Positions 1-9,334 of a DNA stretch of 64,000 bases are shown piece by piece (the stretch's first letter is position 1; each line of letters begins with the position of its first letter). The notes under the pieces were generated by a model. That model had not been told where the DNA came from and searched no databases. It saw only the letters and a program-made list of their open reading frames with translations. Source of the stretch: Alphaproteobacteria bacterium (GTDB lineage Bacteria; Pseudomonadota; Alphaproteobacteria; Bin95); contig JAJEAZ010000363.1 of the NCBI GenBank assembly GCA_022824105.1, forward strand, positions 14,079 to 78,078. The letters are read 5' to 3'. A program made the position numbers and the translations under genes.

Positions 1-53
1 GAGTGTTTCCCTGACCGCTTCAACCGCTCTGGCCTCCGGTATCGAAGCCGATC

Positions 54-893
54 CTAGCTGCCGGGATTGAAAGCGTAGTCGAATCGCTCCCGGTATTCCG
101 CCAGTTTCACGCGGAACTCGGGTTCCGTTTTCCGGCCGGACACGGCGTGCGGAGAGTCTTCGGAGACGGCGCTGTAGGGGAAGTCGTCGAGCCGCTGCAT
201 GCTCGGCCGGCTCGCCATACGGTCCCACCAGGCCCGGGTCAGCGGATAGGGCTCCAGCCAGAAATCGAGGAAACGGACCATCTCCAGCACTTTGACAAAG
301 GGCGCAAGGTTGGTTTCGGCCAACGTAAACCGGTCGCCCATAAGATACGGCCGGCCGTCGGCAAGTGCGTGCTCCATCAGTTTGAAGACCATCTCGAACG
401 AGCCGATGGCGCGCATAACGTAGGGCGAGGAAACACCCTCCCTGATGACCGACTGCTGGCGATAAAGCCGGTCGATGCTGGGAATGACTTTCCAGCGTTC
501 CTCCATCTTCTCCCGCGGCACGGTCAGGCGAAATTTCGTCACGAAATTGACCACCGCCGTGGCTTCGAATGCCCTCTCGTCAAACAGCTTGATCCATTCG
601 TCCATTTGGTATCGTTCAAAGGGATCGCCGGGCTTTAACGGCGGGTCGGGCCGCAGACCGTCGATGTATTTCGTGATAAGAGAGGACTCGCGGATTGGCC
701 TACCGTTGTGAACGAGGGTCGGCACGACGCCTTGGGGATTGAGTTTGAGATATTCGGGCTGAAACTGATCCCGGTTCATCAGGATCATCTTGCGGGGAAT
801 CCAGTCCGTGATCCCCTTTTCTGCCAGGGTGACGACGGCTCTATTGGAGCAGATTGAATCGGTTTCTTCGAGATAGTACAGCTCAAGCGTCAT
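54..893 (-). CDS. glutathione S-transferase family protein
   Basis: Lies inside ORF 54..1001(-). Start placed at the internal ATG at 893 (MTLELYY...) because AGGAGA sits 5 nt upstream. The thioredoxin-like N-terminus (LNPQGVVPTLVHNGRPIRESSLI) and helical C-domain fit the GST fold. Confidence 0.85.
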   Translation of the reverse strand: MTLELYYLEETDSICSNRAVVTLAEKGITDWIPRKMILMNRDQFQPEYLKLNPQGVVPTLVHNGRPIRESSLITKYIDGLRPDPPLKPGDPFERYQMDEWIKLFDERAFEATAVVNFVTKFRLTVPREKMEERWKVIPSIDRLYRQQSVIREGVSSPYVMRAIGSFEMVFKLMEHALADGRPYLMGDRFTLAETNLAPFVKVLEMVRFLDFWLEPYPLTRAWWDRMASRPSMQRLDDFPYSAVSEDSPHAVSGRKTEPEFRVKLAEYRERFDYAFNPGS

Positions 894-1293
894 ATTGGTC
901 TCCTGCCCTGCGTGTTGTGATCGCCAGAAAATCGTAGTGTTTTCAGCATCTTCTTTAGCGGGGCCGTCGATGGCTTCGTTCCACAGTTTGTTCGATGACA
1001 CCCAGGACGGTGTTACCGGCGTAGTCGAAAAGCTCGGTGCGCATGGAATCGCCGGATTTCATGCTCGTGTCAACGGAGCCGGGATTATGTACCGAAGGGG
1101 CGGTTGCGGAGCGCGAATCCCGGACGCCGCGACCCGGATGACGACAGACGCTCGAAACGGCTCCGATGGCAATGCGGAGGTCCCGGAACGCCCGACCGCC
1201 CGATAGCGGACCGCGAAGCCGCAGCGACGAAGACTTGTCCGGCAGCCGGGAAATAATGGTACAACCGCGCCTGCGCGCCGTTCGGGAGGCTGC

Positions 1294-2277
1294 ATGAACG
1301 TCACCGTCTATGCCGCGTCGGTCGGCCATTCGGTCTGGTTCAGCCACGACCTGGGCGAGAGCTGGAACCGCGCCTTCACGCCGACCGGCGGCATCTACAA
1401 CGAATCCCGCGCCTGGTGCGTCGCGACCCATCCGGCGCGGCCGGGCGACGTGCTGGCGGGCACCGATATCGGCGTCTACCACTGGACGGTGGCGGGCGAC
1501 CGCTGGGAGCATCTGCCGTCGCCGATGGACGGGCTGCACATTCTCCAGATCGGCCAGTCGCCCCACGATCCCGATGTTATCTTCGCCGGCACGCGCCCGG
1601 CACAGCTCTATCGCTCGGCGGACGGCGGCCGGACGTGGCGGCGCTGCGATGTTGGCAACGGCGTGGAATGCGAATTCATCAACACGCCGCGGGTCACCTC
1701 GATCCATTTCGATCCGCGCGACCGCGAGACGATCTGGGTGACCATCGAGATCGACGGCATCTTCGTCAGCCGCGACGGCGGCGAGACCTGGGAGAAATGC
1801 ATCGACGGGCTGAAGAGCCCGGACACCCACAATCTGGTTTTCTTCGACGACGATGACGGAGACGGCCGGACCATCCTGTGCTCCACCGAAGAGGGCCTGC
1901 ACCGCAGCCGCGACGAGGGTCGGAGCTGGCAGTGGATCGAGGTGCCGGACGCCCCCTGGCCCTATTTCCGCTGCATCGCGAAGCGCCCCGACGATTCCGG
2001 CGTCATGTTTCTCTCGGTCGGCGACAAGCCGTCGGGCGAGCAGGGCATGCTGTTCCGCAGCCGCGACAGGGGCGAGACCTGGGAAATCGTCGATCTGCCC
2101 GAGCCGCCCAACACGACCATCTGGTGGATCGCGACCAATCCGGCGGACCCGGACCTGATCTTTTTCTGCACCATCTTCGGCCAGGTCTTCCGCTCGACCG
2201 ACGGCGGCGAGAGCTGGCTCAAATTGCGCCGGGAACTGGGCGAGCTGCGCATGATCGCCTGGCAGCCGGTGGCCTGA
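1294..2277 (+). CDS. BNR/Asp-box repeat beta-propeller protein (sialidase-like fold, function unknown)
   Basis: Five S-x-D-x-G-x-(T/S)-W Asp-boxes: SADGGRTW, SRDGGETW, SRDEGRSW, SRDRGETW, STDGGESW. GGGAGG lies 4 nt upstream of the ATG. No obvious signal peptide. Confidence 0.8.
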   Translation: MNVTVYAASVGHSVWFSHDLGESWNRAFTPTGGIYNESRAWCVATHPARPGDVLAGTDIGVYHWTVAGDRWEHLPSPMDGLHILQIGQSPHDPDVIFAGTRPAQLYRSADGGRTWRRCDVGNGVECEFINTPRVTSIHFDPRDRETIWVTIEIDGIFVSRDGGETWEKCIDGLKSPDTHNLVFFDDDDGDGRTILCSTEEGLHRSRDEGRSWQWIEVPDAPWPYFRCIAKRPDDSGVMFLSVGDKPSGEQGMLFRSRDRGETWEIVDLPEPPNTTIWWIATNPADPDLIFFCTIFGQVFRSTDGGESWLKLRRELGELRMIAWQPVA

Positions 2278-2319
2278 ATTCGAACGCACCCCGGAAACGG
2301 GAGCAAGGGGAGGAAAGCC

Positions 2320-3021
2320 ATGCCGCACAACCTGGAAATGCCGCAATACGTCATCGACCGCATCATGGCCAAGCGCGGCAAGCTGGAGGTGTTCGACAGC
2401 TTCGACCCGGCGCGCACGGCGCTGGTCGTCATCGACATGCAGAATTTCTTCGTCGCGGAAGTCGAGACCGCGATCAGCATCGTGCCCAACATCAACCGCC
2501 TGGCCGACGTCGTCCGGGACCGCGGCGGGGTCGTCGCCTGGGTGCTGCTGACCGTTGCGGAGGAGATGGGCGGCGAGAGCCAGTGGCCGATCTATCACGA
2601 CTATTTCTTCACCGAGGCCAAGATGCACGCCCACAAGAACGGCCTGACCGAGGGCAGCGAGGGCCACGCGCTCTATCCCGACCTGGTCGTGAAGGACGGC
2701 GACATCGTCAGCCGCAAGAGCCGGTTCAGCGCCTTCATCCAGGGCGCGTCGGACCTGGACGGGCAGCTCCGGGCGCGCGGTATCGAAAACCTGCTGGTCT
2801 GCGGCACGGCGACCAACATGTGCTGCGAATCGAGCGCGCGCGACGCCATGATGATCGGCTACCGCGCGGTCATGGTGCTCGACGGCAACGCGGCGCGCTT
2901 CGACGAGGACCATCTCGCCGGGCTGACCAGCTTCTGGCAGAGCTTCGGCGACGTACGCACGACGGACGACGTGATCGACAATCTGCTGCAGGCGCCCGCC
3001 GCGGCGCAGGCAGCGGAATAG
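2320..3021 (+). CDS. isochorismatase-family cysteine hydrolase
   Basis: LVVIDMQNFF and LLVCGTATNMCCESSARDA match the isochorismatase-like hydrolase pattern. A GGGGAGG RBS is present. Confidence 0.85.
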   Translation: MPHNLEMPQYVIDRIMAKRGKLEVFDSFDPARTALVVIDMQNFFVAEVETAISIVPNINRLADVVRDRGGVVAWVLLTVAEEMGGESQWPIYHDYFFTEAKMHAHKNGLTEGSEGHALYPDLVVKDGDIVSRKSRFSAFIQGASDLDGQLRARGIENLLVCGTATNMCCESSARDAMMIGYRAVMVLDGNAARFDEDHLAGLTSFWQSFGDVRTTDDVIDNLLQAPAAAQAAE

Positions 3022-3049
3022 GCGGCGCCGGCACAAAGGAGGCGACGGC

Positions 3050-3418
3050 ATGAGCGATATCCTGCGCATTCCGGGCAACGTGCCGACCCGGAGCTGGGGC
3101 TCGGCCTACAAGGACTTCGTCTGGGCGCTCGGCATGTCCGACGACTTCTCGCTCGATTTCGAGGAACAGGCGAAGCGCGCCTTCGACGCGCTCGACCGGG
3201 GCCTCGCCGCCGCGGGCACCGACAGGACCCGCCTCATCAACGTGCAGGTCTACCTCTACGATATCGGGCGCAAGGGCGAATTCGACCGCTGGTGGGCCGA
3301 CTGGATCGGCGACGAGCCGCAGCACTGGCCGATGCGCTCCTGCGTGCAGGTCACCTTCGCCGGCAACAACAAGATCGAGCTGCTGGCGGTCGCCGCCCGG
3401 CCGGACCCGGACGGCTGA
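3050..3418 (+). CDS. RidA/YjgF-family protein
   Basis: 122 aa with a RidA-like pattern (RLINVQVYLYDI, RSCVQV, ELLAVA). AAGGAGG RBS. Sits 28 nt after the isochorismatase gene. Confidence 0.7.
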   Translation: MSDILRIPGNVPTRSWGSAYKDFVWALGMSDDFSLDFEEQAKRAFDALDRGLAAAGTDRTRLINVQVYLYDIGRKGEFDRWWADWIGDEPQHWPMRSCVQVTFAGNNKIELLAVAARPDPDG

Positions 3419-3434
3419 GGCCGGGGCCGGTCCG

Positions 3435-4010
3435 GTGTCGAGCCATTTTCTCTACCGGCCGCATGTGAGGTCCGGCGGCAAGGTCTACACGCCGGACCTG
3501 GTCATCGAGCTGGCCTGGGTTTCCTACGGCGCGGGCAAGATCGTCGCGCTGCCGGTCGACCGGCTGACCACGGCCTCTGCGATCCAGCAGCCGGGCGGTA
3601 GCCAGCATGGCATCGCAGCCATCGCCCTGGTCGCCGCCGGCGACGGGCCGCTGCTCACCGTCGCCTCTTTGCATTCGGCAAGTTTCTATGCGCCGGCGCT
3701 TCTGGCCTGCGCCAAGCCGCTCAGCCGGCAGGCCTGGCGGCTCGCGGATGTCGCGCCCCATCTCAACCGGCTGAAATTGCGCAGCTGGCACCTGACCGGG
3801 GACGAGCGCAGGCCGGCAACCGAAGAACCTGCGGGCCGCATCGCCGGCTTTGCCGCTCTCGACGACCTGCCGACCGAACGCGTCATCCTGTTCGCCGCCC
3901 GCCAGGCAGGGCGACCGCACGGCAAAGCCGACGGATTCGAAGTGGAACTGGAAGACCCGGTGCGCGGCGAGACCCTGAGCCTGAGATATTCGGCCGAGAA
4001 TATCGAATGA
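3435..4010 (+). CDS. hypothetical protein (no family recognised)
   Basis: GTG-initiated 191-aa ORF, 16 nt after the RidA stop. Third-position G/C bias resembles neighbouring genes. I see no motif I recognise. Confidence 0.5.
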   Translation: MSSHFLYRPHVRSGGKVYTPDLVIELAWVSYGAGKIVALPVDRLTTASAIQQPGGSQHGIAAIALVAAGDGPLLTVASLHSASFYAPALLACAKPLSRQAWRLADVAPHLNRLKLRSWHLTGDERRPATEEPAGRIAGFAALDDLPTERVILFAARQAGRPHGKADGFEVELEDPVRGETLSLRYSAENIE

Positions 4011-4125
4011 CGGCGAGTTGGCTTCCGTTCCGCCCCTTCGGCGGACAGCCCGGTCTCTTTCCGATCCGATAGCCGGAATACAGAGGCAGTTCCAAAGGAT
4101 ACGGATCGCATCGTCCGTATACGGC

Positions 4126-5037
4126 CTACCCCGACGACGCCCCCGTGCGGTGGCGGAACAGGGCGCGGTCGCGGGTGAGGCCGAAGATGCTGGCAAAGAC
4201 GATGCCGGTGCCGACCCAGACCCAGATATCCGGCCACTCGGCGAACAGGATCAACGCGGCAATTGCCGAGAAGGGCATGCGCAGGAAGTCGAACGGTCCG
4301 GAAAAACTGGCGTCGGCCGCGGCGATGGCGCGTGCCAGGCCGTATTGCGCCCCGGTGCCGAGGACGGTGATTGCCGCGATCCAGGGCAGGTCGCTCCATT
4401 GCGGGACGTACGAATTGTAGACGAACGGGATCGCGGCGACCGCGGCGATCATCAGGTTGGTCCAGCCGACGATCCGGCTCGCCGGCTCGGTGCGCGAAAG
4501 ATACTTGTTGATCGCCGAGCTGCTGGCGAAGAGCACCGCCGAGGCCAGCGCGGTTATCGCAGCGGTCTGGATGACCGCCGCCCCCGGCCTGAGGATCAAG
4601 ACGATGCCGGCGAAGCCCATGGCGATCGCGGCCCAGCGCACCGCCGATACCTTCTCGCCCAGAAACATCCCTGCCATCAAGGCGAGGAAGATCGGCGTCG
4701 TTCCGCTGAGGACGGTCGCCTCGGCCATCGGCATCCAGGTCAGGGCGAAATAGAAGCAGGTCTGGGCGGTGAAGATGAACACACCGCGCAGGACGAACCA
4801 GGGCATGGCCTTGCGCAGGGGGCCGCCATGCCCCATCCGGCCGGCGCGCCGGATCAGCGGCATCATCACGGCGACCGAAAGCAACCCGCGGTAGAAGGAC
4901 AGGTCGGAGATCGGCACCCGTCCCTCGAGCATGCGCACGCAGATCGCCACGCCGGTCCACAGCGTGACCGCGAGTATCATCCACAGGGCGGATTGCAGGC
5001 GCCGGTTCGGCGTGACCGAGAGAGGAGGCTCAGCCAC
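4126..5037 (-). CDS. DMT superfamily (EamA-like) transporter
   Basis: 303 aa, almost entirely hydrophobic helices in two similar halves, typical of EamA/RhaT carriers. The track start at 5037 is GTG. Start is uncertain. Confidence 0.8.
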   Translation of the reverse strand: MAEPPLSVTPNRRLQSALWMILAVTLWTGVAICVRMLEGRVPISDLSFYRGLLSVAVMMPLIRRAGRMGHGGPLRKAMPWFVLRGVFIFTAQTCFYFALTWMPMAEATVLSGTTPIFLALMAGMFLGEKVSAVRWAAIAMGFAGIVLILRPGAAVIQTAAITALASAVLFASSSAINKYLSRTEPASRIVGWTNLMIAAVAAIPFVYNSYVPQWSDLPWIAAITVLGTGAQYGLARAIAAADASFSGPFDFLRMPFSAIAALILFAEWPDIWVWVGTGIVFASIFGLTRDRALFRHRTGASSG

Positions 5038-5049
5038 GGCGCAGAACGG

Positions 5050-5466
5050 TCAGGTCGAAGGGCCTTTCAGTTCGACCGTATTGCCCTCCGGGTCGGTGAG
5101 ATAGATCGACGGGCCGTAGCCGGTCGCGCCGTAGCGGATCGCGGAATCCTCCACATCGCAGCCGCGCGCTTCCAGCGCACCGCGGATGGCCTGCTCGTCC
5201 CATGGATCGACCAGCAGGCAGAAATGGTCCTGGTTGTGGCCCTCCCGGCCCGGCGCCGGGCCCTTCTGCGTGCCGATGGGACCGTCGACGGGTGCGAAGT
5301 CGATCAGCGCATCGCCGGCGCGCATCTGCCAGAGGCCGATATCCTCCTGGACCTTCTCGAGCGTGCAGCCGAGCACCTCGCCGTAATAGCGGAGCATCGT
5401 ATCGATATCCCGCACGCGCAGGACGATGTGATCCAGGCCCTTGATCGGTATCGGATTTTCGGCCAT
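5050..5466 (-). CDS. VOC (glyoxalase/bleomycin resistance/dioxygenase) family protein
   Basis: IKGLDHIVLRVRDIDTMLRYYGEVLGC is the VOC beta-alpha-beta-beta-beta start motif. I chose the ATG at 5466 (GGGAGGG 6 nt upstream), which avoids overlap with the upstream gene. Confidence 0.8.
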   Translation of the reverse strand: MAENPIPIKGLDHIVLRVRDIDTMLRYYGEVLGCTLEKVQEDIGLWQMRAGDALIDFAPVDGPIGTQKGPAPGREGHNQDHFCLLVDPWDEQAIRGALEARGCDVEDSAIRYGATGYGPSIYLTDPEGNTVELKGPST

Positions 5467-5479
5467 CCGGCGCCCTCCC

Positions 5480-6619
5480 TCAGCCGGCCCCGGCGCCGGC
5501 ACCCAGGTCGGCGAAGCGGTCGAGGTGGTGGTCGGCGTCGCCGAACAGGGTGCCGATCATGGTGATTCGCTTGAAATGGGCGCTGATCGGCATTTCACGG
5601 GTCATGCCCATGCCGCCGTGCATCTGGATCGCTTCCTGACCGACCGACTTGCCCTTTTCGCCCGCGTAGGCCTTGGCCGCCGAGGCCGCGCGGGACGCCT
5701 CCGGCCCGTCGCCCGCTGCCGCGCGCACGACCGCCATGTACGCCATGGACTGGGTCTGCTCCTTGTGGATGAACATCTCGGCCATGCGGTGCTGCAACAC
5801 CTGAAACCTGGACAGCGGCACGCCGAACTGCTTGCGCGTCCCGATATACTCCCTTGTCTGGCTCACCAGCGCCTCCATCACGCCGGCAGCCTCGCAGCAC
5901 AGTACCGAAGTGGCAACGTCAATCGCCGGTTCGAGCAGCGCCATACCGTTGTCGACGTCGCCCAAGACCTCATCGGCCCCGGCGCGGACCTTTGCAAGCG
6001 TCACTTCGGCGGCCCGGCCGTCGTCCATCGTCCGGTAGGCGCGCAGGGCGATGCCGTCGGCGTCGGCCGGCAGCAGGAACAGGGTAATGCCGCCCGGCTC
6101 GGTCTGCCCGCCCGCGGTGCGCGCCGGCACGATCAGCCGGTCGGCCGACGGGGCGTTGAAGACCACGGCTTTTTGGCCGGACAGCCGAAAATCGCCGCCG
6201 CTCCGCTCCGCGGTCGTCGCAACGTCGGTGAGCGCATAGCGCGCCTGCGGTTCGGCAAATCCGGTTGCGAGTTGCAGATTACCGGCAATGAGGTCTCCGA
6301 GCAGATCGGTCCGCCCCGCCCGGGCCAGCAGGCCGCCGCCGAGCACGACGGTCCAGAGATAGGGCTCGACGGCCAGCCCCTTGCCGAGTCCCTCCGCAAT
6401 CAGCCCGGCCTCGACCGGGCCGCCGCCGTAGCCGCCCGCGCTCTCGGCGAACGGCACGCCCAGCCAGCCCAGTTCGGCGAACCGTGCCCAAGTCTCCGCG
6501 CTCCAGCCCGCTTCGCTCCCGGCCTGCCGGGTGCGGATGTCGAAGCCGTAGTCGCGCTCGACGAACCGGTCGACGCTTTCCTGGAGCAGCTTCTGTTCGT
6601 CGGTCAGGGCGAAGGGCAT
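5480..6619 (-). CDS. acyl-CoA dehydrogenase family protein
   Basis: Full-length ACAD architecture (N, middle, C domains) with QMHGGMGMTRE near the C-terminus. Confidence 0.9.
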   Translation of the reverse strand: MPFALTDEQKLLQESVDRFVERDYGFDIRTRQAGSEAGWSAETWARFAELGWLGVPFAESAGGYGGGPVEAGLIAEGLGKGLAVEPYLWTVVLGGGLLARAGRTDLLGDLIAGNLQLATGFAEPQARYALTDVATTAERSGGDFRLSGQKAVVFNAPSADRLIVPARTAGGQTEPGGITLFLLPADADGIALRAYRTMDDGRAAEVTLAKVRAGADEVLGDVDNGMALLEPAIDVATSVLCCEAAGVMEALVSQTREYIGTRKQFGVPLSRFQVLQHRMAEMFIHKEQTQSMAYMAVVRAAAGDGPEASRAASAAKAYAGEKGKSVGQEAIQMHGGMGMTREMPISAHFKRITMIGTLFGDADHHLDRFADLGAGAGAG

Positions 6620-6717
6620 GGAAGGTTACCGTCAATGGCTGGCGTGGCGCGGCCGCGCTGACGCCCGGCCCGGCAGGCGATGACTGCGGCGGAACGGAAT
6701 GCCGCGCACGGGGGCGA

Positions 6718-7914
6718 TCAGAAGCCCAGCACCATCTTGGAGATGATGCCGCGTTGGACCTCGTTGGAGCCGCCGTAGATCGAGGTCTTGCGCAGGTTGA
6801 AATAGCCCGGCGACAGGCTGGCGGCGTAGTCCGGCCCGACCGACGGCTCGTTCCAGCCGAACTCGCGGGCCTCGGGCGTATCGGGATGGCTGTAATAGCC
6901 GATCGCCTCCATGAGCAGTTCGCCCAGTTCCTGCTGCAACTCCGTCGCGCGGATTTTCAGCAGGGAGGCTTCTGGGCCGGGCACGCTGCCTGCGCTTTCC
7001 GCCGAGACGACGCGCAGCAGCGTCATTTCCAGCGCCATCAGGTCCAGCTCGGCCCGGGCGATCTTCTCGCGGTAGCGCGGGTCTTCGGCCAGCGGAGCGC
7101 CGTTCTTCTGCTCGGCGGCGGCGATTTCCTTCAACTTCTCGAGTTGCGCCTTGGAGCGGCCGATCTCGGCGATGCTGGTCCGTTCGTGGCCGAGCAGGAA
7201 CTTGGCGATGGTCCAGCCCTTGTTCTCCGCGCCGACCCGGTTCGAAACCGGCACGGCGACGTCGTCGAAGAACACCTCGTTAACCTCGTGGCCGCCCTCC
7301 ATGGTGACGATCGGCTTCACCGTAATGCCCGGCGTCGTCATGTCGATCAGCAGGAAGGAGATGCCCTCCTGCTTCTTCACCGTGTCGTCGGTGCGCACTA
7401 GGCAGAATATCCAGTCCGCCCAGTGGGCCGCCGTCGTCCAGGTCTTCTGGCCGTTAACGATGTAGGTGTCGCCGTCGCGGACCGCGCGGGTCTTGAGCGA
7501 GGCGAGGTCCGACCCGGCGCCGGGCTCGGAATAGCCCTGGCACCACTGGATCTCCGAACTCGCGATCTTCGGCAGATGCTGCGCCTTCTGCTCGTCGCTG
7601 CCGAAGGCCTGGATGACCGGGCCGACCATCTTCAGCCCGAACGGCATCAGGCGCGGGCAGTGGTTGCGGCCGGTCTCCTCCTCGAAGATGTGGCGCTGCA
7701 TCGGCGACCAGTCCGGCCCGCCGAATTCGACCGGCCAGCCCGGCGCGCCCCAGCCGTTGGCGTGGAGGATCCTGTGCCAGTTGACATGGTCTTCCTTGGA
7801 GAGCTTCAGGCCGCGGCGCACCTTTTCCCGGGTATCGGACGGCAGGTTCTTGTCGATGAACGCCCTGACCTCGTCGCGGAAGGCCCGGTCTTCGGCGCTG
7901 ATATCGAGGTCCAT
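6718..7914 (-). CDS. acyl-CoA dehydrogenase family protein
   Basis: MDLDISAEDRAFRDEVRAFIDKNLP N-terminus, WCQGYSEPGAGSDLA, and C-terminal IYGGSNEVQRGII. Start at the ATG at 7914, preceded by GGGAGGGA. Confidence 0.9.
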   Translation of the reverse strand: MDLDISAEDRAFRDEVRAFIDKNLPSDTREKVRRGLKLSKEDHVNWHRILHANGWGAPGWPVEFGGPDWSPMQRHIFEEETGRNHCPRLMPFGLKMVGPVIQAFGSDEQKAQHLPKIASSEIQWCQGYSEPGAGSDLASLKTRAVRDGDTYIVNGQKTWTTAAHWADWIFCLVRTDDTVKKQEGISFLLIDMTTPGITVKPIVTMEGGHEVNEVFFDDVAVPVSNRVGAENKGWTIAKFLLGHERTSIAEIGRSKAQLEKLKEIAAAEQKNGAPLAEDPRYREKIARAELDLMALEMTLLRVVSAESAGSVPGPEASLLKIRATELQQELGELLMEAIGYYSHPDTPEAREFGWNEPSVGPDYAASLSPGYFNLRKTSIYGGSNEVQRGIISKMVLGF

Positions 7915-8098
7915 GCATCCCTCCCTGGGCATTGCAATGCCGGGCCGGCATCCGTGCGACCCTTATCCGGCCGGTTGATTCGTCGGGCATCGGATTATAG
8001 GAAGCCCCTGACCGTTGCAACCTGACCCTTCGGCCCACGATGGCGCGGGGCCGCTTCATGCCGGCGCGCCTCTCCGATTTCCAGCCGGACGATCTCCG

Positions 8099-8878
8099 AT
8101 GAAATACGACGACCTGTTCCGCCTCGACGGCAAGGTGGCCCTGATAACCGGCTCCTCCAAGGGCATCGGCCGGGCGACCGCCGAAGCGATGGCGGCGCAG
8201 GGCGCGAAGGTGGTGATCTCCAGCCGCAAGCTGGACAAGTGCGAGGAGGTCGCGCAAGGCATCCGCGACGAGGGCGGCGACGCCGTCGCCATCGCCTGCA
8301 ACATCTCCCACAAGGACCAGTTGCAAGACCTTGTCGACCGGTCCAACGCCCATTACGGCCGCATCGACATCCTGGTCTGCAACGCGGCGGTCAACCCCTA
8401 TTTCGGCACGCTGCAGGACCTGCCCGACGAAGCCTACGAGAAGACCACCGGGGCCAACCTGCGGTCCAACATCTGGCTGTGCCAGATGGTCATTCCGCAG
8501 ATGGCCGAACGGCGCGACGGCGCAGTCATCATCGTCTCTTCCATCGGCGGGCTGAAAGGCACCCGCTATCTCGGCATCTACGGCATCACCAAGGCCGCCG
8601 ATTCTGCCCTGGCGCGCAACCTTTCCGTCGAATGGGGCGACCGCAACGTGCGGGTCAACGCCATCGCGCCGGCCATCGTCAGGACGGACATGGCGCGCGC
8701 CCTGTGGGAGAACGAGGAAATCTACAACGCCGCCGTCAAACACTATGCGCTCAGGCGCATCGGCCATGTCGAGGAAATCGCCGGCGCCGCCGTCTTTCTC
8801 GCCTCGAAGGCCGGCAATTTCACGACCGGTCACACCCTGGTCGTCGACGGTGGCGCCACGATCAGCGGCGAGTTCTAG
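8099..8878 (+). CDS. SDR family oxidoreductase
   Basis: TGSSKGIG cofactor motif. The YxxxK region (YGITKAA) is present. Start at the ATG at 8099 (MKYDDLFRLDGKVALITG). Confidence 0.9.
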   Translation: MKYDDLFRLDGKVALITGSSKGIGRATAEAMAAQGAKVVISSRKLDKCEEVAQGIRDEGGDAVAIACNISHKDQLQDLVDRSNAHYGRIDILVCNAAVNPYFGTLQDLPDEAYEKTTGANLRSNIWLCQMVIPQMAERRDGAVIIVSSIGGLKGTRYLGIYGITKAADSALARNLSVEWGDRNVRVNAIAPAIVRTDMARALWENEEIYNAAVKHYALRRIGHVEEIAGAAVFLASKAGNFTTGHTLVVDGGATISGEF

Positions 8879-9156
8879 GGCAGCGTCGAATCGGGTTGCT
8901 ACTTCTCCATTCTTTAGCGATCGTTCATTTTCCTTTTCCGCACAAACCCCGGAATTGCGCCATTTTCCGCTCGATCAAAAGTGGACAGACCGGTCTGTAT
9001 ATAGCGTTTTTTCGTCACCGAATAGGTTTTCTTTCGCCACCAGACAGGCCGTTTCTCGCATCTGATGTTCATTTAATGTTCCTTGCTCCTCAAGTCAAGT
9101 AAAAAATGTGCCGGCGCGGGCAGGACCGCGCTTTCCGCCGCGCAGCGGGTAGAGAC

Positions 9157-9334
9157 GCCCCCTTCGACAAGCTCAGGGCAGGCTCCTTCGATACGCTCCG
9201 GCCTGGCGGCCGGGGCTACTCAGGATGAGGAAGAGGGGGTGTTGAGGTATTTGAGTCCCCCAACAATCTCCTCATCCCGAGTAGGCGCGTCAGCGCCGTA
9301 TCGAGAGCCTGCCCTGAGCGAAGCCGAAGGGGGG
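9157..9334. repeat. nested imperfect palindrome, MITE/REP-like intergenic element
   Basis: Outer arms cccccttcgacaagctcagggcaggctccttcgatacg (9157-9195) and cgtatcgagagcctgccctgagcgaagccgaagggggg (9297-9334) are imperfect reverse complements. Inner arms are tactcaggatgagga and tcctcatcccgagta. Confidence 0.7.

Noticed and set aside
894-1293. Possible gene remnant upstream of the first GST (peptides ...MRTELFDYAGNTVLGVIEQ... and ...NKLWNEAIDGPAKEDAENTTIFW... in two minus-strand frames).
   Set aside because: I could not assign either peptide to a family or define a start or frameshift. The evidence is insufficient to call a pseudogene.
955-3078. 707-aa minus-strand ORF covering the BNR and isochorismatase genes, plus similar long Arg/Ala/Gly/Pro-rich ORFs (1878..3053, 3351..4196, 3686..4984, 4018..5565).
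   Set aside because: They are antisense or alternate-frame to genes with clear family motifs. Their low-complexity R/A/G/P composition is typical of stop-poor frames in high-GC DNA.
2320-3418. Isochorismatase-like plus RidA-like neighbours as part of a Rut (pyrimidine utilisation) pathway.
   Set aside because: No RutA-type monooxygenase, RutD/E/F or transporter is adjacent. The only LLM gene in the window is 42 kb away in a different operon.
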